DNA of 61,094 nucleotides, counting the filler, from Sphacelaria rigidula (taxonomy: Eukaryota): assembly GCA_964200075.2 (NCBI GenBank). It is 9 parts of 9 records of this genome, joined end to end, with 100 filler letters (N's around TTAATTAATTAA, not from the genome) between each part and the next. Parts side by side here need not be neighbours in the genome. Positions count along the whole stretch, not along the records: positions 47,597 to 54,295 come from CAXNAA020018541.1; positions 54,396 to 61,094 come from CAXNAA020018542.1; 7 more parts are not named here. The stretch is one strand, 5' to 3'. This document shows, in pieces, positions 50,500-61,094 of the stretch. Position 1 is the stretch's first letter, and each line of letters begins with the position of its first letter. The notes beneath the pieces were generated by a model that saw only the letters and a program-made list of their open reading frames with translations, did no database searches and was not told the origin of the DNA. A program made the translations under genes and the position numbers.

Positions 50500-53400
50500 A
50501 TCTCGAGGCGATCGTCACGGTGGACGGGGCCGTGCCAACCAGGGACGCGGCCGCGGCGGCTGCGATAGCAAGCAATCGGCGGCGGATGGTGGTTCCTTCG
50601 CTGCTGTTTCTTCCACTACGTCATCAGGTGGTGACTCTGGATCTTATGGTTCGTCCGTGTCGGGGCGGACAGTGTACGTGGAAAATGCAGATACTTCGGA
50701 GGGGAATGCTGGAGCGAATAGTTCGCAACCCCTCGGCCAGGCAGGATCCGTGTCTGGTGCATCTCCTACTGCTGCGACGGCTGTAACAGCGCCGTCTGCA
50801 TATTCGGCGACTTGGTCTGGTTAAACCGACGATGCTGGTTATCGATGTCAAGTGCTGGAGGGCAGCCCTGGCGTCAGGTGACTCTTGGCACCGACCAGGG
50901 TTCTTCGGCAGGCGTGGTACTTATCGATCGCAAGGCTGAATGCTTACGCGCAGATCTTTCCTTGCCTGGTTCCGTAGGTTCGTTCATGCCCCGCATTATT
51001 CTAGATTCTGGGTCCGCGCTCACGTCGATCAGTGTGGGGTTGCTAGAACAAATGTCTTCGCAGTTTGGCGGTGCTCAGCTTCAGATTCCGTTCGAAAACG
51101 GATCGCAAACGGCACAGACCGCCACGGGTGCTCCCGTGACAGTTGCACACGAAATGGTGCCGATTACTGTAAGCGTGTGTACGCCGCGGGGTGCGGTGGA
51201 GTTGCAGCCAATTACTTTCGCTGTCATGCCCGGTAGGGACAGCGTGGTTCTATTTGGGATGGCGACGATGAAGGAGCTCGAGATTGATTTGTACCCGCTG
51301 GCGTTGGACAAGTTACGCCCGCGTGCTGCGCCGGTGCAGACCGGCGTGGAAATCCCAGCTATCTTGTTGCAAGGCGTGTGACCGTATCCATACGGTCATT
51401 CCAGAGCGCCAATGAGGAGGAGGCTCCTGCGGATGAAGCGGTGGAGCGCTTGGTCGATCGGGGGCCCGACGTATTCATGGACCCTGTGGAGGAGAGAGGT
51501 GCAAGAGAACGTGCGCTGGAGGATAGCGTGCAGCAGGCCGAGCAGAAGGGCCTGAACGCCGATGGCGCATATCGCCTGCGTGATATTTTGGCTCGTCGCG
51601 TGGATACATTTCATCGTGCGCTGCGTGGTGATCCGCCAGCGCGCGTAGAGTCAAGGAGGGAGGCTGTGAAGGCCAAGCCTCGCCGGTACGATCCGGTGAA
51701 GACCGTGTGGCTTGCCTCATGCACCGTAGCTTTGGTGGCGTTTGGTTTAGTGATGAGGAACATCCAGGCTGTGTGAGCGAGTCCGGCGATGGCGGTGCCA
51801 AAGAGGGACACATTCCGTTCGGTCAGCGACTATCACACGGTGAACGCGCAAATGGAACAGCCTCCGGGGGTGATGCCGAGCCAAGAAGACATGCGGGAGT
51901 TGCTGGGAGCCCAATGCTCCGGCAAGTTGGACCTGCTACAGGGGTAATGGTAAATGCCTCTGGCGCCGGAGGCTCAGGAGATCTTCACGATCGTCACGCC
52001 TGACGGTTTGTTTACGCCAGGTGAAGCTCGCTTGGTGAAAGTTCCTACAGTGCCTGTTCGTTCTGTTGCCATGTACAGCCCGTGTGATGCCGATGATTCG
52101 CTGCCCCCGTTAGATGCCATTCGTACCGCGCAGCACAAAATAGTCGGCGACGGTGTTCATGCTTTTCCCAAGACTTTCGGTCAAGCTGCTTTGAAGCTGA
52201 CGATGGTTTGTTTCGCGTGCGTGTTGGCAATAGTGATGTTTCTTGGGATCCGTCGGATGAAAAGGCTCCACAAACTCGCTTGATGGTGTGCGCTCACATC
52301 CGGTCGGCTGGTCACCGTGGTTTGGCGCAGACTCTGTTTTGTCTTAAAGAATACTGTGTGTGGCCTCACATGGATTCCCACGTTCGCGAGTTCGTTCGCC
52401 AGTGTTTTCATTGTGTAGACACTCGTGCTGGTGAGATTGTTCCTCGTCCGTATGGCGATACTGTGCATGGTACTGCGCCAGGTGAAGTTATTCACTTTGA
52501 TTTTCTATACGTCGGAAGTAGCGGACCTGAAGGTGCTAATGGTTTGCCTGAGGAGGATGGTTTTCGGTACGTTTTGGTCATCATCGGATGATTTGTCCAA
52601 GTTCGTTTGCTTGGAGCCGACCGAAGCTTGCACCGCCGAGGCTACGGCTAAGAACTTGCTCCATTGGTGCAAGACTTTGGGGTTGCCGCGTGTTTGGGTT
52701 AGTGATACCGCCACACACTTCAAGAACCGAGTGATGGCGCAGCTGAGCGATGCGCTCAAGGTGCAACACCAATTTGCTGCTGCGTATACCCCTTGGTCGA
52801 ATGGTGCTTGTGAGCGCATGTTGAAAGAAGTTATTCGTGCGTTGCGATCTGTTTTGTCGGAACAGAGACGGCCGGTGTCTGAATGGCTTGATGTTTTGCC
52901 AACCGCTCAGCGGGCGTTGAATATTTCTTTTCGTGAACGCTACCGTAACACTCCGTATTGTGTGATGTTTGGGCGTACACCGCGTTCAGCGTTTTCCGCG
53001 CTGGCTTCTGTCACTGCCGGCGAGTGGAACGTCGATGTCATGGATGCTGATTTGTTGCGTGACAAGGTTCGAGGCGTGGTTGACGAGCAAGTGCGGTTTT
53101 GTAACGAAGTGCAAGCTGCTGTCGCGGTGGCGCGCGAAACCAAACGCAAGCTTGCTCAGGGCCAGGCTGTGTTGCCTAAGTTTGCAGTTGGCGATTCGTA
53201 TTGTATGCCCGTGTTCGGAGGCAAGGTGTGACGCCAAAGTTGACATCCACGTGGACAGGTCCGTGGAGAGTGGTCGGAGCCGATCATGCTCGAGTGTATC
53301 CGGTGCAGAACATTGTTTCTGGCGCCGTGCACTCGGCCCATGTCGCTCGTTCACGCTTCTACGCTGTCTCGCAGTTGCACATCACTGCGGAACTAAAAGA

Positions 53401-53726
53401 CGTATTTCAGCATTCGTGTGCTCAAGGTGAAAGTCGGATGAATGCTTTGGTGCACGTCGCTGAGGATGACAGGGTTGATGCCATTATTTTGGTTGGCAGG
53501 GAAGGGTTCGGTGCTGAAGAACGTACGTGGGAGTCTCTTCGCAAGATTCATTCTTCTGCGCCTGGTTTTGAAGGAACTGCGTAAAATGAGGTTGGCTCGG
53601 GCGCTGACCAGTAAATTAGCGTCGGAGTATGGTATTTCGTTGTGATCTTCTGGCGCATGCGATTTCGCCTTGGTTTTTGTTGGTTGTCAAGCTCGTTCGT
53701 TTGTCTTGAACTCGCTTTGGGGGTGC
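50500..53726 (+). mobile_element. Ty3/Gypsy (chromovirus-type) retrotransposon relic with an internal RT/RNase H deletion
   Basis: Protease IILDSGSA, RT start (KLDLLQG*W*MPLAPEAQEIFTIVTPDGLF), integrase zinc finger (CAH..SAGHRG...CFHC) and core (VSDTATHF, PWSNGACER), GPY-like TWTGPWRV, and chromodomain-like LVGREGFGAEERTWESL. Confidence 0.93.
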
Positions 53727-54227
53727 TGTAGCCAAATGATTAAGCCGTAGGTTTCAGTATAATCGTATGCATGATTGGAGCAGTCGCAGGGGACAGGGGA
53801 TCCTGGATTGATGACACTCATCTGTGTGGCCCCTTGCTGTCTGGCTCATGATATGGTCTGTTTCTGAATCACTCCGCAATAATAACAAGTCAGAAGAAAG
53901 GACTTGTCAAGCACGAGGCCAGTGCTACAGGAGGAGTCCCTCGTGGATAGTCCTCTTGTCCAGATCGTCTGGCAGAGGCTATACCTAGCAGCTTTGCACA
54001 CTTTGGTCGTGGATGAGTTATACAGAAAACAGTGGATTCTCGAAAATGGGGTTGAAAAATGAACTGAGGTTCGACGCAAAAGCCGCGCTTTCCCTGACCT
54101 GAATTCATGACAAGTGACTTTCATACGGACGACCCTATCCCTCCCGACCTCCCTAAAACTATTTCGTTTTTCTTTACCCTTCCGTTTCCCCTGAGGGTAT
54201 ACTTCCTCTGTCACATAAGTTAGAACC
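53727..54227 (+). repeat. Probable 3' LTR of the Gypsy element, partial and carrying insertions
   Basis: Starts TGTAG immediately after the G-rich tract TTTGGGGGTGC that follows the chromodomain ORF. Confidence 0.55.
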
Positions 54228-54295
54228 TGTGACGGTTTAAGAGACAACCAACTAGACTACTGACCAGTCAGCGCTGACTGGTCAGTAGTCTAGTT
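54228..54295. mobile_element. Second, truncated copy of the palindromic tRNA-like element
   Basis: TGTGACGGTTTAA...ACTAGACTACTGACCAGTCAGCGCTGACTGGTCAGTAGTCTAGTT, ending at the contig end. Confidence 0.85.
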
Positions 54296-54469
54296 NNNNN
54301 NNNNNNNNNNNNNNNNNNNNNNNNNNNNNNNNNNNNNNNTTAATTAATTAANNNNNNNNNNNNNNNNNNNNNNNNNNNNNNNNNNNNNNNNNNNNGTCTT
54401 CCCTGCAAAAGAGAAATGCCACTTCAACCTCATTTTTGTATGAACCCCATTTTCTAGGAACCACTGTTT

Positions 54470-54879
54470 TTAATTGAGGATGAGAAACCCGGATAATTAA
54501 AATCTTCGTATCCACACCGAACCTTCGAAATATGACTCCATTTGTACATCTACTAATAGCTATTGAAAACTGCTACACCCCACATAAATTTGGATTTCGG
54601 TAACCGAAATTCTGGGGTCCTAGGGGAAAAACCAATTTTGGGGAATTCCGGGTCTCCGAACGGACGCCAAAATGGTTCTGAAGTTGTTTTTTCACGTAAG
54701 ACCCCAAACTTCCGGTGATCGAAATTCTAATTTCTGTGGCGTGTAGCAGTCGTCCATAGCTATCAGTAGGTGAAGAAGTAGAACCATATTTTGAAGATTT
54801 GGTGTGGATACGAAGTTTTTAATCATCCGGGTTTCTCACCCCCAATAAAATATTCATCCCCAAATTGTAGGATCCCGTG
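54470..54879. mobile_element. Foldback-like hAT-type MITE family B, left end truncated
   Basis: Homologous to 59270-59709 and ends in ...GTAGGATCCCGTG. Confidence 0.8.
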
Positions 54880-55400
54880 TCAATACCTGAGCTCTGCACC
54901 ATACATTGTCGACATGCCCATGTCTCTCGCGATATCCCATCAACGTCTATGCTTCCATCATCTCCTTGCCAACGAACGAAGGGCCCCACGACCACTCACT
55001 GCCACGCGATCTCCCATCTCATGGGGTGTCTACCGCGATACGATCCCCTCCCCCCTCTAATCATTTCATTCGCGGCTCCAACATAAACCGCACATCATCA
55101 CTACGGCGTGCTGCATTGTAGTGTATGTTGGCCCCGGTTATCCACATTTCGGTCTCAAACAAGACTTGTTGTGTTGCGGTGGAAAGCGGGATCGCCGTCA
55201 AGGAGGCGCTGAAGAAACAAGGATATAGGTACCTTCGCGACGGGGTATGTGACGAAATCACGCCGTCACGTTGAGTATATGATGACTGGACGATGACTTG
55301 GGATCTGTAGTGATGATATGGATGATGACATGGACACAGAGGTGTTACCCTGATGTGGTTTGTGGAGCCGCCTGGGAGGCACTCCGGGAATAATAAAAGG

Positions 55401-56058
55401 TGTTGTGAAGGCTGACAACTAAGACCTGAGGCCAGTGGAACTGGGAGTCCCTCAACAGCATTAGACGCTGCAGTACTAGCAACCTGCTGGCGTCACAATA
55501 TCGATACTTGTGCTAGTAGTGCTAGTCGTGCTAGTTGTGCTATCGTTAAAGACTGCTGAAAATATTTCAGCAAGGAGAAGTCTTGACAGCTTGTGATATC
55601 TTCGGGCATATAGCTTCACAGACGCGAGAGGAGATTTCAAGCTGAGGTAGCTGCAAAGGCGGCTGGCCCGTGGTTGATCCAGACTGGAGACTTGCTGGAG
55701 CTGCGTGCAGCGGGCGTTTATAGGACCCCAGGGCTGGATGGAGCGGCGAAGAAGGCAGGTGTGAATTGTGAGTTCTGTAGACCCCGGGCAACATTGTTAT
55801 CTTGATTCGGTACATGACTGCAGTGGAGAGAATGCATAGCAAGCGTTTATAGTCTGGTCGATGGATAACGGGTCTGAGAGTATGATCGGTGGGCTCCGTG
55901 ATGTATGATGTTTGCACACGAGGTGTAAGGTTACTTCTGGTTAACGAAGACTGCTTTCTCTATAACTGCTTGAAGTCTTGAAGTCTCTGGAGCCCTGGAC
56001 AGGGAGGAAGCCTCTGGAGCATCACTGTAACCTTGTTCTGATTTCAGGCAGGTTCACA
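55401..56058 (+). repeat. Possible LTR (solo, or the 5' LTR of the Gypsy element)
   Basis: Ends TGTTGTGAA...TTCACA. Its 3' part resembles 47170-47265 in another contig. No TSD or PBS was recognised. Confidence 0.35.
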
Positions 56059-59000
56059 GTTCGAGAAGGTTCAGAAATTTTCGATTGTCCGCTCCAGAAT
56101 ATCGACTACAGAGATACCGGCAATAGAGCCAGCGGAGACGACGGTAACCCCAGTCGTTCTAAGGGAAGAGTTCAGGCCGCCCAGGTACGGGAATTTGTAT
56201 TCTGAGTGTGCTTCTCGTTCGTTCTACACGAAATACGTGGAATACAAGAAGAGGGTGGAGCATGCGAATGCGGGGGGTGCGGTAAGGTATCAGGTGGTTT
56301 CCATGGCGCAACTCGTGCCTACCCCCCTCCAACGCGTCTTCGCGAGAAGATTCCATGAGAAGCATACCATAACGCCGCTGCAATTGGCCGTAGCGATCAA
56401 AAAGCATGCAGGGCATGCGGCGGGCGCGGAAGTAAAGCTAAGACAGGCGTCCGCGGCAGCGGCGAAGGCTGTCGCAATGAACCACAAGGGGAGGACCATG
56501 CGTGAGAGGGTGGAGCCCATAATGGGTAAGTTGGAGACGTATTTTTCGGAAAATCCCAACGTCGAGATAGTTTATCGTTCCTCCGATGGGAAATTTCGTC
56601 CAGGGCCCGCTGCGGTGTTCACGAAAGCGATGGTGGAGGGTCCGGCATCGGCGGAATTCAAACAGGCCGTGCTTGTGCAGTTACAGCACGAAAAAAACTA
56701 GAAGTCAGACCCGTATTTAGATATGAATATCGTGTTGGCTGAGGCTCAGGCATGGCGGAGGGTTGAAGTATTCGGAAAGTCATCCACTTCGTCGCCGCAG
56801 TCTTCGAGCTCGCGTAACCGCGGATCAAAATCCGCAGGCAGTGTCGCCGCCAATATTACTTACTATCAGTGTGGTCAGGTAGGCCACTACGCACGGAAGT
56901 GCCCAACGCCTTCTGAGGGGGAATCTGGGCAGACGAGTGCCGCGCGCCCTCGCAATCACAAAGGAGGGAAAAGTTATCGGGGTGGTGGCGGACGCGGATC
57001 CTGCAGCGCGTACAGTCGAGTTCCCAGCAGCAGGAGCAGCAGGGGCAGTGGCGTCAGCAGAGGTCCGGCTCTGGGTCCGGTTCAGCCGCAGGGGCTGCTG
57101 CTCCGCAACGGGCGGTGCAGGTGGGACCGACCTCACTAGTGTCGGGCTCGGTGCCAGCGCCGCCGGCAGCAGAGCAAGGCGAGACGCCTGCGGCGGAGCC
57201 GGCCGGATTTCAGCTGAAATTTGGATCCGCAGCCGCGTCGGCCGGAGTACCGCTGCAATTTGGTTCTGCGGGTGGGGCTTCGTACCCGCCGGCGGTGCCG
57301 GTGACCCCAGCGAGGGCGTCTATGCCTGCGCCGCGCGCGCAGCCGTGGCGCCAAGTGGGGATCACGACCAATCAGTCGGCGGAACAGGTGCCGGTCGAGG
57401 ATCAAGACAATTATATTCCTGCATAGTTATATCTCCCCAATCAACGGGCGCGGGGAGCCATATCGGTCAACGCTGTGTGGTACATTCCGGCGCCCACTTC
57501 ACGAGCGTGCCGGTGCTGATTGTGGAGATTCTGGAGCGTCTACTCCCCGGTGAGCAAATCCGAATTTCGTTCTCGCTCGGGGCGCGGCAGGCCATCACCG
57601 CATCGGGGCAACGTATAAATGTGACGGAGCGTACAATTCCCCTACAGTTGGTGTTCAGGACTACCTGGGGGCCAGCGAAATTACCCCCGATATCGTTTGC
57701 GATCATGCCGGGGACGGATGGTGTCGTTCTGTTGGGCTTACCGACGCTTCAGGGACTCGGAGTCGATCCGTATGATCGGCTGTTAGAGCCCCTAAAAACG
57801 CAAATGCCGTCGCCCGGTTCGAGTGTCGAGGCGCCTGCTCTTTTGGCCAGTCGTCGCGTGAGCTTGTCGGTTGATGCTCTCCAGGAGGCGGGGGGCAGGT
57901 GTCCGAGGATCGCCATGAGGTGGTGGAACGCTTGGTGGAGCGTGGCTCCGATATGTTTATGGAGCCGGCGGAGGAAGAGTCCGCGCGAAAGGCTGCGCTT
58001 GAGGAAAGCGTGATGGATGCTTTGGCAAATGGTCTCGAAGTCTCAAAAGCGAGGCGCTTGCGTGGCATATTGTATCGCCACGTTAACACGTTTTGTCGTG
58101 TGCTGAGGGGTGATCCCCCTGCGCGCGTGGAACCCATGAGGGTCACACTGAAGCTAGGGGCGCCCGCGGTGAAGGCAAACCCGAGGAGGTATGATCCGGT
58201 AAAGTCCAGTTAGTTAGCTTCTTGCATGGGAGCTCTTGTGGCGTTTGGGTTGGTGTTCAGAAATCTACAGGCGGTGTGGTCCAGTCCACCGATGACCGTG
58301 CCGAGAAGGACTCTTTCCGTCTTGTCAGCGATTCCGGGGCCGTCAATGATCAGGTGGAGAAGTCGCCGGGTGTCATGCCCAATCAGGAATCCGGCATGAT
58401 AGACCTGTTGAGTGCGTGATGCTTCGGTAAGTTGGACCTCCTACAGGGGTACTGGCGGATGCCGTTGGCCGAAGAGGCGCAAGAGATGTTCATCATCACG
58501 ACCCCGTATGGCATGTTTACCCCGCAAAGAGTACCGCAAGTCGTGTTGAATGCCACTTCCTATTTTCAAGGTGTCATGGTAGACCTTTTAGATGGCTTGA
58601 AATGCAAGATTTGGGTGGATGATGTATTTTTCTTTGCGGATACGGAAGACGAAGTGTTGGATACGCTTGATGCAATCTTGGCTCGCTTAGAGAGTGTTAG
58701 TCTGTTTGCAGCTGCCCACGAGTTACCTTTTTTGCTAGTGAACGAGTGTGGTGTGGGAAAGTATACTCACACGGTCGCGTCTCGCATGACCCGGTCCGCT
58801 TGCAAGGTTTGTCTGACATGCGGCGTCCAGAAACAGCAGCAGAACTAATGCAACTCCTACACGCAATGAACTGGTTGCGTACCTCGTTGCTACGTATGGC
58901 CGAAGCAGTGGCGCCCTTGCGCGTTTTTCTAGAAGAACTAATGGTGGGGGCTGCTGCAAGGCGCACGAAGCGGGTGGCAAAAACCATGTTATTCCACCCG

Positions 59001-59269
59001 CCTCGTGGACGGAGGACAGGCTGCAGGCATGGGCGGCAGCGAAGGATCTGGTGGCTCATGCCGTGACGCTGTTCCATCCCCGCCCCGGTTGCCAGGTGCT
59101 GATGTTTCCGGATGCATCCGACTGTCATGGGGGTAGTTTTGTAACGCAGGTGCCTGTTGCAGAAATGCAACGACGGTTGCCGGTTGAAGACATGACGCAT
59201 GAACCGCTGGCTTTTCGTAGTGGCTATTTCAAGGATTCACAGATGCGTTGGGCAACCATTGACAAGGAA

Positions 59270-59709
59270 CACGGGATCTTACAAATTTGGGATGGATCTT
59301 TTATTAGGGATGAGAAGCCCGGAGAATCAAAATCTTCGTATCCACATCTAATCTTCGGAATATGGTCCCATTTCTTCACCTCCTAATAGATTTTGACGAC
59401 TGCTACACGCCATACAAATTTGGATTTCGATCACCGGAATGTTGGGGTCCTAGGTGAAAAGCCAATTTTGGGGAATTCCGGGTGTCCGAACGGACGCCAA
59501 AATGGTTCCGAAATTGTTTTTTCACCTAGGACCCCAACATTTCGGTCATCGAAATTCAAAATTCTATGGCGCGTTGCAGTTGTAAATAGCTATCAGTAGG
59601 TAAAGAAATGAATCCATATTTCAAATATTTGGTGTAGATACGAAGTTTTTGATTCTCCGGGTTTCTCATCCCCAATAAAAGATCCATCCCCAATTCGTAA
59701 AATCCCGTG
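59270..59709. mobile_element. Foldback-like hAT-type MITE family B (440 bp) inserted in the Gypsy RNase H
   Basis: TIR CACGGGATCTTAC / GTAAAATCCCGTG with long imperfect inverted arms. TSD ACAAGGAA / TTAAGGAA. Removing it restores WATIDKEGFASVSTFRR. Confidence 0.9.
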
Positions 59710-60580
59710 TTAAGGAAGGTTTTGCTAGCGTGAGCACTTTTCGTCGTCCCGAGCATCTATTGTGGAACGGCGTACACATTTTCACTGATCACCGAAATCT
59801 AGCGTACATTTTCAACCCGGAGGCATGCGTGACGTCTGTGTCGAAGGCGTTGGCACAGCGATTGGAGGGGTGGAAAGGTGTATTAGGTCAGTATCGCTAT
59901 ACAATTTGTCATATTTCGGGTGAACGTAACGCGTGGAGTGACTTCTTGTCGCGCTGGGTAAATATTCCCACTTTGCCTGCGCGCGCTGTGGCTGTGTATG
60001 GTCCGTGCGAACCTGATGACTCGATGCCGTCCAAATCTGTTGTTCGCCAAGCGCAACGAAAAGACCTTGGGGCCGACGATGCGGATGTGCAATATTTCGA
60101 GTCGGACGTTGGTACTGCTATTTTGGACAATGAAGGTCTGTTTCGTGTTTATGTGCGTGGCCGAAACGTTTTGTGGATTCCGAGTTCTGACAAGCAGTTG
60201 CAAGTACGTATGATGATTTGCGCGCACATGCGCGACGCCGGGTATCGTAGTGTGGCTGCGACGCTCGTGCGCTTGCAAGAGTTTTGTGTCTGGCAGGGGA
60301 TATAAGCTAATGTGCGCGAACTTGTCCGCCAGTGTCTTCACTGTGCTGACTCGAGGGCGGGCGATGTTGTTCCCCGCCCGCTCGGCGAAACGGTCCATGG
60401 GACCACGCTGAATGAAGTCGTTCATTTTGAATTCTTATACGTGGGCGAGAGTGGCCCGCTAGCTTCCCAAGGTTTGTCGGAGAATGCTGGATTCCGATAC
60501 ATTTTGGTCATCATGGATGATTTGAGCAACTTTGTGGCTCTGGAACCAGTAGCAGTGTGTACTGCTGAATCGACTGCTAA

Positions 60581-60878
60581 CAAGGTTTTCCTGAGATTGA
60601 GAGTTGGGTGCGGATTGAGAGTGGCTTTGATCATTCGCTTTAACTTGGCCAATTTTTCATTCCGTGTGTGTTTTTCGTCGTCTCATCACTGTCATGTGCT
60701 TACAGCTACACGTCGATATCCTACTCAGGGGTATCGAGGGCCTCAGTGGCAAGCCACTACAGAGAGGATATTGGGCCTGGCGGAGGTGCATTTTGGAACT
60801 GAAACGGCTTATTCACTAATCGACCGCTTTTCACTCTCAATCGTACCTTCAACAACTCTCAATTTCACGAAAACGTCG
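60581..60878. mobile_element. MITE (298 bp) inserted in the Gypsy integrase
   Basis: ~26-bp TIRs CAAGGTTTTCCTGAGATTGAGAGTTG / CAACTCTCAATTTCACGAAAACGTCG with subterminal ATTGAGAGT repeats. The integrase frame (CTAESTA...ASLLNWFKTLG) resumes after it. Confidence 0.8.
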
Positions 60879-61094
60879 TTTGCTGCGTCTTTGCTGAATT
60901 GGTTCAAAACTCTGGGGGTGCCCCGTGTGTGGGTGAGTGATACTGCCACGCATTACGAGGATGCGATCTTGGCCCGATTGCGAGAGGCTTTGCGCGCTGA
61001 TAACCAGTTTGCGGTAGCTATCAACAGCCGATTTGAAATTTCGGGGTTCATACAAAATATGGGGTTGAAGTGGCATATCTCTCTTGCACGAAAG

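Larger units (their letters stand above)
56060..61020 (+). mobile_element. Ty3/Gypsy retrotransposon relic (gag-PR-RT-RH-INT), related to the element at 50500
   Basis: Gag with a degenerate zinc knuckle YYQCGQVGHYARKCP, protease VVHSGAHF, RT DLLQGYW...WVDDV, RNase H FPDASD...IDKEGFA...FTDHRNL, integrase CAH...CLHC and VSDTATHY. Many stops and frameshifts. Confidence 0.95.

Noticed and set aside
6701..54395. Regularly spaced TTAATTAATTAA motif and ~6.8-kb periodicity
   Set aside because: This is an artificial linker between length-sorted contigs. Neighbouring contigs are not a biological neighbourhood, and ORFs running into the Ns are artefacts.
334..61076. Most short ORFs in the supplied six-frame track
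   Set aside because: They are chance or antisense ORFs in introns and repeats. Real coding here is spliced exons or broken transposon frames.

Overview
Eukaryotic, intron-rich and repeat-rich DNA. Gene style and transposon content suggest a brown alga or other stramenopile (inference). The window is not one locus: it is nine unrelated contigs of 6699-6700 bp joined by artificial 100-bp N linkers that contain the six-frame stop TTAATTAATTAA. Host genes reconstructed from phase-consistent GT-AG exons are partial Brr2/SNRNP200 (contig 1), a secreted protein of unknown function (contig 3), a PAPS transporter of the SLC35B2 type (contig 4) and a TKL-like protein kinase with a long low-complexity N-terminus (contig 5). 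The rest is transposon-derived: a decayed Academ/DUF6589-like transposase (contig 2), a Copia relic and two related decayed Gypsy elements, one with a visible chromodomain (contigs 8-9), several hAT-type MITEs with 8-bp target-site duplications, two tRNA-derived SINE families and many retroposon 3' ends. The most unusual object is an 868-bp non-coding insertion at 49380-50247. It is built from three ~90-bp palindromes made of head-to-head tRNA-like halves, has TG...CA ends and a 4-bp TSD, and has a second, truncated copy whose two arms carry mirrored substitutions.
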